A stretch of 64,000 nucleotides of DNA from Candidatus Woykebacteria bacterium (GTDB lineage Bacteria; Patescibacteriota; Microgenomatia; Woykebacterales; RBG-16-39-9b). The translations under genes and the position numbers were made by a program. Under the pieces are notes generated by a model. That model saw only the letters and a program-made list of their open reading frames with translations. It was not told the DNA's origin and ran no database searches. This document shows positions 1 through 9,541 of the stretch, piece after piece; position 1 is the first letter of the stretch; every line of letters begins with the position of its first letter. The stretch is taken from contig JBBDPN010000002.1 of NCBI GenBank assembly GCA_040876265.1, positions 100,818 to 164,817 of the forward strand. Reading direction: 5' to 3'.

Positions 1-248
1 ATGGAGCTACCAACTACCTCTGCGCTACCGTCGCTAACAGCTTTTCCTCCTTGGACGACTCCCGCTACTGACCCAGAAACTATATCGGCAGCTGTTTGGA
101 TAGAAGCCTGGGTTACTTCTCCAGCACCTCTGATGGTGTCAACTACCAATTGTTTGGTGTTGTCGCGCACAGAAGCCACTATATCTGCCGAACCAGAAAT
201 GACTTCGGTGATGGAGCTTTTTGCTTTTTCACCAATTTCACTAAGCAT
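1..248 (-). CDS. Hypothetical protein, N-terminal part (runs off window)
   Basis: ATG at 248 preceded by GAGGAGGTG Shine-Dalgarno; open frame MLSEIGEKAKSSITEVISGSADIV... rich in A/V/G/S; not in ORF track because it is truncated. Confidence 0.7.
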   Translation of the reverse strand, partial: MLSEIGEKAKSSITEVISGSADIVASVRDNTKQLVVDTIRGAGEVTQASIQTAADIVSGSVAGVVQGGKAVSDGSAEVVGSS

Positions 249-320
249 TTAGTTCACCTCCTCTCACAGAAGTTTCATTATATCACGTCCCTTTTTGTAC
301 AATAGTATGGTTTCGATGGT

Positions 321-1118
321 TTAGACAACTCCGAAACGTTTCAGGAATTCTTCCAGGATCAGTCCTGATTGGATCATTTTTTGCGCGTTTTCGGTTCCTA
401 TGTAGCGCCAGTGCCAAGGCTCGTAAATGTAACCGGTGGTTTTTTCTTTTCCTTCCGGGTAAGAAAGAACCCAACCAAATTTATAAGCGTTTGCAAAAAG
501 CCATTTCCCCTCGCGACTAGTATCAAATTTTTCCGCTAAGCCCAAGTTTACAGACTCGGCGGTAAAATCTACCGCCGTACCAAGTTGATGCTGCGAGTAC
601 CCCGCCCGCGCCGAAAAAGTCTCGGCCGTAGTAAATCCAGCTGAGCCTACCCAAGAGGAAAAGGTCGCTTCTTGGTTCCAGTAGGAACGGTACGCAGAAA
701 GGACCATCAAGTTTACGTCTCTCTTTTTCGCCGCTTTCGCCATTTCACTCAAAGTTTTGGCTGCTTCGGACCGTAACATCATACCCGGGTGAGTTGTTTC
801 AACTAGACCGTCGATACTAACTAAATCAGCTGGCTCGTAGGTTTCCGGTAGTCGGATATTTTTATTGATCAAAACTAATAAATTGTCCCCTTCGTCCGTG
901 ACAATTACACCAGCAGAAATCTCTGATGATTTTTTGGCCGACACAGAGGCAGTAATAGTCGTTTCCTTTGGGATTTTTATAGAAATTCCTTGAGTTTTTC
1001 GGCCGTCAACCACTGGTGCCGACGGGGACTCTTGCTGTTTATTTATCTGAACCAGAGCAACCACAGCAACAACGAGTATCAGTACAGGATAAAGGAAAAA
1101 CCTCGGGTTAATTTTCAC
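321..1118 (-). CDS. M15B D-Ala-D-Ala carboxypeptidase (VanY family), membrane anchored
   Basis: SAYRSY, SQHQLGTAVD and YEPWHWRYIG motifs; N-terminal TM; start probably GTG 1118 rather than 1220. Confidence 0.9.
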   Translation of the reverse strand: MKINPRFFLYPVLILVVAVVALVQINKQQESPSAPVVDGRKTQGISIKIPKETTITASVSAKKSSEISAGVIVTDEGDNLLVLINKNIRLPETYEPADLVSIDGLVETTHPGMMLRSEAAKTLSEMAKAAKKRDVNLMVLSAYRSYWNQEATFSSWVGSAGFTTAETFSARAGYSQHQLGTAVDFTAESVNLGLAEKFDTSREGKWLFANAYKFGWVLSYPEGKEKTTGYIYEPWHWRYIGTENAQKMIQSGLILEEFLKRFGVV

Positions 1119-1167
1119 TGGTTCATAATAAGTTGGGGTGGCTGTTTTGTCTAGACCACGAAGTGGT

Positions 1168-2532
1168 TTAAAGTTGGGCGGCGGCCGAGCCGACGGCTTC
1201 GGACCAAGTGGGATAGGCAAATATCGCCCGGCCGAGGGCGTCGGCAGAAACGTTCCCAGCCATAGCCACTACAATTTGGTGGACCAGCTCACCGGCTTCT
1301 GGACCAACAATAAAGCCGCCCAGGATCTGGTTTTTCTCATCAACGAGCAGCTTGACGAAACCATCGTATTCAGCTTGAGTACTGGCCTTCCCCAGATTTT
1401 TAAATTCAAAAATGCTTTTTTCGTATTTTATCTCCTTTTCTCTCAACATGCGCTCTGTCATACCGACTCCGGCAATCTCCGGATCAGAAAAAGCAACCCA
1501 AGGTACCACTCGGTAATTTACTTTCTGCGGTTCCTTTGTCGTCAAAGCATTGTAGGTCGCGTAAACTGCTTGGTACGTAGCCATGTGGGTGAACTGCATG
1601 ACCCCGGTGATATCACCGGCGGCGTAGATATTACTTATACTCGTTTTGAGCGTGTCGTCCACAACAATTCCCTTTTTGGTTGTTTCGACACGAGCCGCCT
1701 CTATATTTAGTCCGTCAAAATCTGGCCTTCTACCAGTCGCCATCATCACTTCCTCGGCTGAAAATTCCTTGGTTTTTCCGCTTCCTATATCAACCACTAC
1801 TTTCTTTGTCTCGCCTACCTTTTCAAACTTGAGCACTTTAGCGTTTACGTGAAATTTAATTCCTTGCTTAGCCAAAAATTTCCCCAGAGTCTCAGCAGTT
1901 TCTTGGTCTGCGGCGGGGATGATATGAGGTGCGGCTTCAAAAACAGTCACATCAACGTCAAATCTAGAAAAAATCTGAGCAAATTCTATGCCGACGGCGC
2001 CACCACCCACTATCATTATCGACTTTGGTAGCTCCGGGAGATCAACGGCTTCGTTTGAAGTAATGTAACCAACTTTATCCAAACCTTCGATCGGAAAAAC
2101 TGCCGGTTGGGAACCAGCGGTGATGATGATTTTTTTGGCTTTAAGGGAGGTGTCTTTAACCTTAACTTCTGTTGGCGAGACAAAACTGGTTTGACCCCAG
2201 AAGAGATCCACGCCTTGGGATTTGAGCGTTGCTTCACTTTCATATTTGCCTCTTTCAGCAACCACTTTGTCTTTCCAAGCTTGGATTTTCTTCCAATCAA
2301 AGGAAATGTTTTCAGCCGTAATTCCGTATTTTTCTGCTTGCTGGAACTGTTTGTAAAGTTTGGCGCTGTGAAGCAGAGCTTTGGTGGGAATACAGGCGCG
2401 GTTTGGGCAATCCCCACCCAGTTTCCATTTCTCAGTGATCGCTGTCTTTGCGCCCATAGCTGCTGCTTGAGCAGCCGCGACCATCCCAGCACTTCCCGCA
2501 CCGATCACTAAACAATCATATTCTTTGGGCAT
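1168..2532 (-). CDS. Pyridine nucleotide-disulfide oxidoreductase class I (dihydrolipoamide dehydrogenase-like)
   Basis: GAGSAG FAD motif, GGDCPNRACIP redox disulfide, GGGAVGIE NAD motif, C-terminal YPTWSE. Confidence 0.9.
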   Translation of the reverse strand: MPKEYDCLVIGAGSAGMVAAAQAAAMGAKTAITEKWKLGGDCPNRACIPTKALLHSAKLYKQFQQAEKYGITAENISFDWKKIQAWKDKVVAERGKYESEATLKSQGVDLFWGQTSFVSPTEVKVKDTSLKAKKIIITAGSQPAVFPIEGLDKVGYITSNEAVDLPELPKSIMIVGGGAVGIEFAQIFSRFDVDVTVFEAAPHIIPAADQETAETLGKFLAKQGIKFHVNAKVLKFEKVGETKKVVVDIGSGKTKEFSAEEVMMATGRRPDFDGLNIEAARVETTKKGIVVDDTLKTSISNIYAAGDITGVMQFTHMATYQAVYATYNALTTKEPQKVNYRVVPWVAFSDPEIAGVGMTERMLREKEIKYEKSIFEFKNLGKASTQAEYDGFVKLLVDEKNQILGGFIVGPEAGELVHQIVVAMAGNVSADALGRAIFAYPTWSEAVGSAAAQL

Positions 2533-2561
2533 ATTAACTTTAGGATAACAATCCTCCCAAC

Positions 2562-2589
2562 AAAAAACCAGCCCTTTTCAGGCTGGTTT
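2562..2589 (-). terminator. Intrinsic terminator
   Basis: AAACCAGCC/GGCTGGTTT stem with T-run on minus strand. Confidence 0.6.
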
Positions 2590-2619
2590 CCTGTCCCAAG
2601 AAAACCTTTTTTAGCCTTA

Positions 2620-2674
2620 AATTCTAAGTTTTCAGTTGTAAGCTCTAAAACCTACGACTTACATCTTAGATCTA
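2620..2674. repeat. Degenerate heptamer-periodic array with inverted halves
   Basis: aattcta agttttc agttgta agctcta aaaccta cgactta catctta gatcta; reverse complement resembles 29834-29860. Confidence 0.55.
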
Positions 2675-2772
2675 ACCCGAAGATTTGCTTAGGAAGTGAG
2701 GCACCGATCGAAACCGGTGGTGGCAAAAGCCACAATCTCGCCGCTTGGCGGATTCCTCTATCGTGGTTGGTA

Positions 2773-2874
2773 CTAGCCCACAAGCCAGGTTATCAGCATG
2801 GCGCCGCCATAAGCTACGAGCACCAATGCGACCGTAAAGGCTAACGGCTGCCAGTACTTCGGTAGGAACTTCAT
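2773..2874 (-). CDS. Small 33-aa single-TM protein
   Basis: MKFLPKYWQPLAFTVALVLVAYGGAMLITWLVG with AAAGGAGG SD directly after the upstream stop; below ORF-track cutoff. Confidence 0.7.
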   Translation of the reverse strand: MKFLPKYWQPLAFTVALVLVAYGGAMLITWLVG

Positions 2875-2887
2875 CACGTCCTCCTTT

Positions 2888-3454
2888 CTATCTTAGGTTG
2901 ATCACTAGCTCATTGGGCAAGATCCGTCCGCGTGTCTTGTCGACCAACGGTGTTTGGTCGATGAACCACGCGAAGACGTAGACCGACAGCCCGACCCCAG
3001 CGATAAACGCTTGCCATGAGGGCCCGTCGCTTTCGAGCACCGCGGGAAGCACCGTGACCATCAGGTAGAACATTACACCGGCGATCACCGTATGATACAC
3101 CTCACTCGCGTTGACGGCATCACTCCAGGAGAAGAACCCAGTCCGCAGGTTGTTTACGTGCAGACCCATGAAGAAAGCGTAGCCGACCACGAGAACCGCA
3201 ATGTGCCACCAGATCTCGGTGTAGAAACCGGAGAACTCTCCGTCGGAGACTACAGCCGCGGCGAATCCAGCGTACACTGGAAGGCCGATCGTGTCTCCTA
3301 CCTTGAAGCTCCACCAACGCAAGAAGTAGAGTTTCCGCTCCACATAGATCCGGATGGTCATAATGACCCCGAAATCGATGACGAAGACGAAGAATCCCAC
3401 CAGCGCCGGGTGCCAATCCCATATCGGGAAGAAGCTCCCGAATTGATCGGGCAA
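2888..3454 (-). CDS. Hypothetical multi-pass membrane protein (GC-rich orphan)
   Basis: About 5 hydrophobic segments; GGAGGT SD before TTG start; TTGCAA-N17-TATATT promoter upstream. Confidence 0.75.
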   Translation of the reverse strand: MPDQFGSFFPIWDWHPALVGFFVFVIDFGVIMTIRIYVERKLYFLRWWSFKVGDTIGLPVYAGFAAAVVSDGEFSGFYTEIWWHIAVLVVGYAFFMGLHVNNLRTGFFSWSDAVNASEVYHTVIAGVMFYLMVTVLPAVLESDGPSWQAFIAGVGLSVYVFAWFIDQTPLVDKTRGRILPNELVINLR

Positions 3455-3598
3455 GATAACACCTCCAGTGTGCTAGTAACAGATTTCAATGTGCGAGAGC
3501 ACAACTTTCTTGTACTCAGTTACTCTAATATACTAGACTATGGGTTATTTTGCAAGTTTAGCGGGTTCGAACATGAAGCAAGGTAGGTAAATCTCTTT

Positions 3599-4606
3599 CT
3601 AGGCTAAGGTTTTGGGCTTATCTTCGTAAATATTAGGAAAATTCCACAGCGAAGCGATCGACCCTTTCGTATTCGCCCACGCAAAGCCTAGCCGACTATC
3701 CTTACGCTTCAGCAAAATTTTTAAGTTTACCAAGATCAATGATCGAAATAGGTAAAGCCAGTATTTAAGAAATTTTTCCCTTCGAATTACATAAAGATTA
3801 CTACTTACTCCGTGAGGATATTTCCAAAGGTTGTGAGGCTCATCTGTAAATACATTTATGTCGCTGGTATTCTTCATATGATGATGGACGATACTGTCTG
3901 ATACATAAAATCCCATCATTCCGGCCGACGTAATTCTATTGGAATATTCCAGATCGTCGCCCCATATCTTGAAACTTTTGATGGGGTAACCAACTTGTTC
4001 GATTGTTTTGCGGCCAATTAAAAAAGACACAAAAGAGCATTCTTTTACAATCAGCACGTTTTTATCTTCATACAAATTAAATGGTGTACCGTGCGAAAAA
4101 GTTTCAATTATCGGTAGGTTCATTTTTAAAATTGTATCGTCTTTCCAAAGGCACTTACTTCCCAGAAAGCCTATATTTTCATTTTTGACAAATCGGATCT
4201 TTTCCATGAGTTTTTCTAAAGTATCTGGCCGCGCCATGGTATCATCATCGACAATCCAAAACCAATCGTATCCGCTCTCATAGTCACTTTTAAGAGCGGT
4301 GTGACGCCCACCCCCGGAACCAAGATTCTTGGAATATCCCATGTACTTGAATTTAACCGGTCGTCCTTTTGCATCTTTAATTTCTGTTTCCGCCACCCCG
4401 GGTTCTTGCTGGTTTACTTTTGGCAATTTTGATATGTATTTTTCTTCCAATAGCATCTGGTCCGTGCCGTCTGTGGATCCGTTATTCAAAACTGTGATCG
4501 CCGCTAAAGGGTAGTTTTGTTTGGTGAGAGCGCTCAAACACTGTTTGAGAAGGCTCTTACGGTTCATTGTAACGACGTTGGCGGCGATTTTTGGATAATT
4601 ACTCAT
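3599..4606 (-). CDS. Glycosyltransferase family 2 (galactofuranosyl/rhamnosyl transferase-like)
   Basis: VTMNR, NNGSTDGT, NLGSGGG, WIVDDD and WGDDLEY motifs. Confidence 0.9.
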   Translation of the reverse strand: MSNYPKIAANVVTMNRKSLLKQCLSALTKQNYPLAAITVLNNGSTDGTDQMLLEEKYISKLPKVNQQEPGVAETEIKDAKGRPVKFKYMGYSKNLGSGGGRHTALKSDYESGYDWFWIVDDDTMARPDTLEKLMEKIRFVKNENIGFLGSKCLWKDDTILKMNLPIIETFSHGTPFNLYEDKNVLIVKECSFVSFLIGRKTIEQVGYPIKSFKIWGDDLEYSNRITSAGMMGFYVSDSIVHHHMKNTSDINVFTDEPHNLWKYPHGVSSNLYVIRREKFLKYWLYLFRSLILVNLKILLKRKDSRLGFAWANTKGSIASLWNFPNIYEDKPKTLA

Positions 4607-4619
4607 AAAAATACCTTCT

Positions 4620-5651
4620 CTACTTGCTTCCAAACCTAAGTATCTTTCGGACCGGCCGGCGCCAGATTTCTACTACTTTCATTAATTGGTACTTACTGCT
4701 GTACGGTAAATCAAAAGGGGATTCATAACATTCTTTAGTCGCGCCAAAGGAAAGTTTGAAGCTGGTTACCCCACTCCAAGGGTGTTTCGGATCCTCCGTA
4801 GGTGCGGCTCCCCAAAAGTCAAACTTTTTCAAACCCGCCCTTTTTGCTTGCAAAATCGTGTGCCAAACCAAAGGGTAACTTGCTCTCAGATTTTTCTTTT
4901 CTAAAGAATTGGCGGCGTGCAAATAATAGGCGGTGTCAGCGTAATTTACCACTAAAGCTGCCGACAGAGGCTGCCCGTTACCCTCGGCTATGTAAAGCTT
5001 CATCAAACCCTCTGCCGCTAGAGTCTCATATTGTTTTTTATGGTAATTTTCTTGAGCCGATAAAACTAGTGTTTTCCTATCAGCGGTTTCTTTTAAAAGT
5101 TTCAAAAAAACACCAACTTCACTTTTTTTCCCCTCCCTTACTCTTACCCCTTTCCTCTGCGCGGAGTTAACATTGTAGCGGGTAGAACTACTCATGTTGT
5201 GACGTAACTCTTCTTCGCTTTTTGTTAAATCAATGATAGCGCTGCATTGGGGCTGAGTAAATTCTGGGGCTTCGGTGAAACCGGCTTCGACAAACAGATT
5301 TTTTTCTGTTTCGCTTACCTTTCGTGGATCTACCCGTAGAAACACCCCACCGTGTTTTTTTACCAAATCGCCCACATATTCCAACCATGTCTGGACTTTC
5401 TTTTTATCGAGTCCTTTAAACACAGGACCAGCCGAGCAGTAAAAAAATGACCCCAGCTTAGCTCTTTCTTCGTAAATTTGGGAGATCCCGACTAAATCTT
5501 CTCCATCAAAAATTCCGAGCCGAAATATGTTGAGGCCTAATGCTTTTTGAAACTGCCCCCACGCCCAGGACTGGAGAAATGACGGCTCGGAACTGGCTAA
5601 ATTAAAGACCTCCCAGGTATTTTTGTCGGTTATTTCTTTTATCTGGAACAC
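4620..5651 (-). CDS. FemABX-family peptidoglycan bridge peptidyltransferase
   Basis: SFLQSWAWG, TRYNVNSAQRKGV, FDFWG and GVTSFKLSFG motifs. Confidence 0.9.
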   Translation of the reverse strand: MFQIKEITDKNTWEVFNLASSEPSFLQSWAWGQFQKALGLNIFRLGIFDGEDLVGISQIYEERAKLGSFFYCSAGPVFKGLDKKKVQTWLEYVGDLVKKHGGVFLRVDPRKVSETEKNLFVEAGFTEAPEFTQPQCSAIIDLTKSEEELRHNMSSSTRYNVNSAQRKGVRVREGKKSEVGVFLKLLKETADRKTLVLSAQENYHKKQYETLAAEGLMKLYIAEGNGQPLSAALVVNYADTAYYLHAANSLEKKNLRASYPLVWHTILQAKRAGLKKFDFWGAAPTEDPKHPWSGVTSFKLSFGATKECYESPFDLPYSSKYQLMKVVEIWRRPVRKILRFGSK

Positions 5652-5697
5652 GCTGCGTCTAGATTAACAAAAAAGGGATGGTTTGTGTATCTTAAAT

Positions 5698-5961
5698 TTA
5701 TCTTTGGAGATCTTTTTGATTTTTGGGATCAGGCTTCAAACCCATTCGTCGCAGCCACCTACGCACTCTTAAGGGGATACCGCCCCAAGGCGTTATTTCG
5801 CCTTCCCAGTTTTCGAGGGTATGGTGGTCCTTTGCTTCGCCTCCAACCGACTTTGGAGTACGAAAAATAAAAAAGCTACCACCTTCTTTTTTCACCAAAA
5901 AATATTTTTTGCCGAAGGTTTCCCGGACAAATTCCCAGCTAAGTTCCTTCTTTGTTGCCAT
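5698..5961 (-). CDS. Hypothetical protein
   Basis: ATG ORF with TACAAT -10 just upstream. Confidence 0.55.
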   Translation of the reverse strand: MATKKELSWEFVRETFGKKYFLVKKEGGSFFIFRTPKSVGGEAKDHHTLENWEGEITPWGGIPLRVRRWLRRMGLKPDPKNQKDLQR

Positions 5962-6140
5962 GACAAAACAATTGTACCCTAAGGGTCAATAAATTCTAGT
6001 ATCACCAAGTAACAGACGAGTAAAATAAGCAATCGAATCTTGTCAGGACGTAACCTGCTATAATTTTGGAAAATAAACCTAATTAAGAAGCTGCCGATTT
6101 ATCTAAATAGTGGATCGACTCTGGCTACAATATCGTAATT

Positions 6141-6228
6141 ATGATAAAAAACCGTACATTACTTTTTGGAGATAATCTCGATATACTCCGCGAGAAATTC
6201 CCAAATAATAAAGAAGGTTACTTTAAAT
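6141..6228 (+). pseudogene. N-terminal remnant of an N4/N6 DNA methyltransferase
   Basis: MIKNRTLLFGDNLDILREKFP matches the GDNL..L start of Mod-type MTases; the DPPF/Y motif never follows and the frame continues antisense to the next gene. Confidence 0.6.
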
Positions 6229-6244
6229 TTAGTAGTAAGGGTAG

Positions 6245-6571
6245 TCAGAACTGGGCGGTGTCGGTGTCGTTGGCGTCTAGATCAGTTTCGAGCTCATCAA
6301 CATTCGTATTATTTAGTTCGTTTTCCAGCTTCTGTAGATCAGCGTCGGTTTTTATTTCGGCAGACCCCGTAGATTGGGTCGTAGTCGTAACAGTTGGGGT
6401 TTGGTTTGTAGTGTTAAAAGATACTAGGGCGAACCAAACAGAGGCAGCCACTACCGAGACAACCAGAATTACAATTATTCCGATAACCATATTTTTACTT
6501 CGCGCGCTGGGCGCTGGCGAAATAGACGGTGTCGGTGTATTTGATTGTTGTGGTTTTACTTCTAAAGCCAT
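6245..6571 (-). CDS. Hypothetical single-TM protein
   Basis: TM helix, Thr-rich linker, acidic C-terminus; adjacent to upstream gene. Confidence 0.75.
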   Translation of the reverse strand: MALEVKPQQSNTPTPSISPAPSARSKNMVIGIIVILVVSVVAASVWFALVSFNTTNQTPTVTTTTQSTGSAEIKTDADLQKLENELNNTNVDELETDLDANDTDTAQF

Positions 6572-6574
6572 AGT

Positions 6575-7225
6575 TTATTGATTTGCACTGCTAGTGGCTT
6601 CCTTTTCCGCGGCTGCTTTAGCGGTCCTGACAGCAACAATAAGATCTACAACTGATTTCCGATGCGCCTTTAAAGCGGCCAAAACTCCCTTCATATCGTC
6701 CCGAAACAAAGCTAAAACTCCTTTGGGAGTATCGCCGCTACAATCAAACTCAGCAATTGCTGCTTTTGCATCCGCCAAAGCTGTATCAACGGCGGCACTT
6801 TTTGCAGCAATATCAGCTACCAGTGCATCGTAACCTTCCACCGTTACTCCAGCAGGTACTAGCTTGTCCGTATAATAATTTTCGACTCTACCGGCGATAT
6901 TATCAAAACGGTTAGTCATATTTTGAGCTCTGGTAGTGAGGCGGTTCGATCTCCCTGTAATCCGAGATTCAACTCTCTCACAAAGTTTCTCTTTTCTGGC
7001 TTCCAATTTCTCCTCAAATTTTTCCCTAAGTTTCTCGACTCTATCGTGGATCTTATGCCTTATTTCGTCTCTTTTTGTAGCCGAGGAGGTCGCTTCGTCT
7101 TCTTCGTGAAGTACTCTAGATCTTTCAAAGATAAACCTGGCGGAGACGTTTGTTGCGAACACAAAGGAAAAAATCAAAAAGGAACTAAGAAATACCGTAA
7201 GAAATTTAGCAAGACCGCTTTTCAT
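6575..7225 (-). CDS. Hypothetical secreted helical/coiled-coil protein
   Basis: Signal peptide ending VSA, charged helical body. Confidence 0.75.
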   Translation of the reverse strand: MKSGLAKFLTVFLSSFLIFSFVFATNVSARFIFERSRVLHEEDEATSSATKRDEIRHKIHDRVEKLREKFEEKLEARKEKLCERVESRITGRSNRLTTRAQNMTNRFDNIAGRVENYYTDKLVPAGVTVEGYDALVADIAAKSAAVDTALADAKAAIAEFDCSGDTPKGVLALFRDDMKGVLAALKAHRKSVVDLIVAVRTAKAAAEKEATSSANQ

Positions 7226-7287
7226 GGATTACTTAAACTATATCAACCTAGCTGGAAACCTGTCAAGAAACCTATCGTTTATTTCCT

Positions 7288-7322
7288 TGACGCTGGCAAC
7301 TTAACCGCTTAAAATCGCTCCT
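7288..7322 (+). promoter_or_regulatory. Sigma70 promoter, leaderless type
   Basis: TTGACG-N17-TAAAAT a few nt before ATG 7323; no SD. Confidence 0.65.
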
Positions 7323-8306
7323 ATGGCCCGTTTTTTCTTCTCTCTCGAGCACGAACAATTTCAACCCGAAAAAATAGTTGGTCTGGCAAAATTGGTAGAA
7401 GAGGCTGGATTTGATGGCATCGCTGTTTCTGAACATTTCCACCCTTGGGTGGATGATATTGGCGCTGGTGGCTTTGCTTTTTCGACTCTTGGCGCAATAG
7501 CGGCTGTTACCAAGAAAGTCCGGCTAATGACTAATGTTGTCTCGCCCCTTTTCCGTTACCACCCGGCCATTGTCGCTCAAGCGGCTGCTACTATTGATAG
7601 GCTCTCTAGTGGTCGTTTCGAGCTTGGTGTTGGGACTGGTTGGAGCTTGAACGAAAGCCCGCTTGGCTACAAATTCCCCAATTATAAAGAGCGGGCTGAA
7701 AGAATGAGAGAAGCCTTAGAAATCATGCGTCGCCTGCTGGATGGAGAAAAGCTTACTTACACTGGTAAATATTACAAGACTGATCGAGCTAAACTTTATT
7801 CGCCGCCAAACAGAAAAATCCCAATTTATATGGCTGCGGCTGGACCAAAATCGGCGGCTCTTGCCGGCCAAAAAACAGATGGTGTCATCGTTAGTGTCAA
7901 AAACCCGGCTGAAAGCCTACAGAAAGTAATTGAGCCAGCAAAAAAAGCGGCTACCAGTGCCGGAAGGACCAATCCGAAAATTATTGCTTCTCGATGGACT
8001 ATCATTGCCAGGGATTATGACGAGGCCTGGAAAGCGATACAGCCTTGGCGGGGTTTGAGAGTTCCTGGAAGAGACAAAGCAGTTGATCCGCAAGACCTTC
8101 GTATGGAAGCAGACATGCTCGGTCCAAAAGAACTATTAAAAAATTTTACACTTGTACAGGACCAAAAGGAACTAACAGAAGTTTACTCTACTCTTATCGA
8201 AGAGCTCGGCGCAGATACTGTGGTAACCAGTATCGCTTCAACCAATCCGGAAAGTATAATTAAGATGGTCGCGAAACAAGTCTTGCCCACTCTTAAAAAA
8301 TTATGA
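7323..8306 (+). CDS. LLM-class F420-dependent oxidoreductase, G6PDH (FGD)-like family
   Basis: HEQFQP, SEHFHPW, RYHPAIVAQAAAT, LGVGTG..LNE motifs. Confidence 0.88.
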   Translation: MARFFFSLEHEQFQPEKIVGLAKLVEEAGFDGIAVSEHFHPWVDDIGAGGFAFSTLGAIAAVTKKVRLMTNVVSPLFRYHPAIVAQAAATIDRLSSGRFELGVGTGWSLNESPLGYKFPNYKERAERMREALEIMRRLLDGEKLTYTGKYYKTDRAKLYSPPNRKIPIYMAAAGPKSAALAGQKTDGVIVSVKNPAESLQKVIEPAKKAATSAGRTNPKIIASRWTIIARDYDEAWKAIQPWRGLRVPGRDKAVDPQDLRMEADMLGPKELLKNFTLVQDQKELTEVYSTLIEELGADTVVTSIASTNPESIIKMVAKQVLPTLKKL

Positions 8307-9160
8307 AAGTAGGAATTGTAATAGCCGGTTACGATTGGCCAAATATCGGTCCAACGCTAGAAAAAATCGCTAAAACCAGCGAAGAGGTTGGCTTTGATAG
8401 CGTTTGGGTGGTGGATCATTTCTTTGGCATGGGCGACGCCACCGAACCCATGCTTGAATCTTACACAAATCTTGGCTTCATCGCTGCAGTAACAAAAAAG
8501 GTAACAATAGGTGCGATGGTAGCCGGAGTGATTTACCGTTACCCCGCTCTTTTGGTGAAGGCCGCCACAACTCTTGACGTAATTTCCGGTGGCCGCGCGT
8601 ATTTTGGCATAGGGGCAGCTTGGTACGAACGGGAGGCGGTAGGCCTTGGTTTTCCATTTCCGCCGGTAAAGGAACGGTTTGAACGTCTGGAAGAGACACT
8701 GCAGATCGCGAAGCAAATGTGGTCCGGTGAAACTAAAGCATTCAGAGGTAAACACTATCAACTGGAGGAAACAATTAATTCACCCCAGCCTATATCTAAG
8801 CCTCATCCACCCATAATTATCGGTGGTGGTGGCGAGAAAAAAACATTGCGCCTGGTGGCAAAATATGGCGATGCTTGTAATTTATTTGTGAAAGGTGGTT
8901 TAAACCAAGTAGCTCACAAACTCGATGTGTTAAAAGATCATTGCCAGGATGTCGGCAGGAATTACGAAGAAATTGAAAAAACCGCTTACGCTGGCAGGGA
9001 CGTTACTTCCAATCTAGCACCTTCCCGGTTGGTAGACATGTGTAAATCCCTGGCAAAAATGGGAATAGTGCACACAATATTTGCAATAACAGATATTGAT
9101 AAAATCGCACCATTAGAAACCTTCGGAAAAGAAATTATTCCTGCTGTGAAAGAGTTTTAA
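8303..9160 (+). CDS. LLM-class F420-dependent oxidoreductase (Rv1855c-like)
   Basis: WVVDHF, TLDVISGGRAYFGIGAAWYERE, GGGGEKKTLRLVAKYGDACN motifs. Confidence 0.9.
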   Translation: MKVGIVIAGYDWPNIGPTLEKIAKTSEEVGFDSVWVVDHFFGMGDATEPMLESYTNLGFIAAVTKKVTIGAMVAGVIYRYPALLVKAATTLDVISGGRAYFGIGAAWYEREAVGLGFPFPPVKERFERLEETLQIAKQMWSGETKAFRGKHYQLEETINSPQPISKPHPPIIIGGGGEKKTLRLVAKYGDACNLFVKGGLNQVAHKLDVLKDHCQDVGRNYEEIEKTAYAGRDVTSNLAPSRLVDMCKSLAKMGIVHTIFAITDIDKIAPLETFGKEIIPAVKEF

Positions 9161-9505
9161 ATGGAATTACTCCTACTTCTTCTCACGACAACCGGATACA
9201 AATCTGGAAAGAAACATACGGTACCGCTCGGTTTTTTAAAAGACGGTACGAATTATATTGTAACCGCTTCTAATGCTGGCCGGGACCAAAATCCAGACTG
9301 GTTTTTAAATTTGAGAAGAAATCCAGAAGTTACGATCCGACTACAAGGTGTTGAGAGGAAAGTAAACGCAGAAGTCGTCAATCCAAAAGAACGAGAGCGT
9401 CTTTGGAAGAAACTAATGATCGAGGCTCCTTCTTATCAACGTTATGAGAAACAGACAAAACGCACTATTCCAATGGTAATATTACGCCCAATTAGCGAAA
9501 AATAA
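9161..9505 (+). CDS. Deazaflavin-dependent nitroreductase (Ddn-like split-barrel) protein, N-terminally short
   Basis: LLLTTTG.KSG, ASNAG...PDWFLNLR.NP, Y..YE.QT.R.IPMV motifs. Confidence 0.88.
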   Translation: MELLLLLLTTTGYKSGKKHTVPLGFLKDGTNYIVTASNAGRDQNPDWFLNLRRNPEVTIRLQGVERKVNAEVVNPKERERLWKKLMIEAPSYQRYEKQTKRTIPMVILRPISEK

Positions 9506-9541
9506 CCTGATCTCTCTCCTCTATAGTCAGTATCCGTTTTC

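Noticed and set aside
1168-2532. Mercuric reductase MerA
   Set aside because: Lacks the C-terminal Cys-Cys pair and mer operon context; left as a generic class I disulfide oxidoreductase
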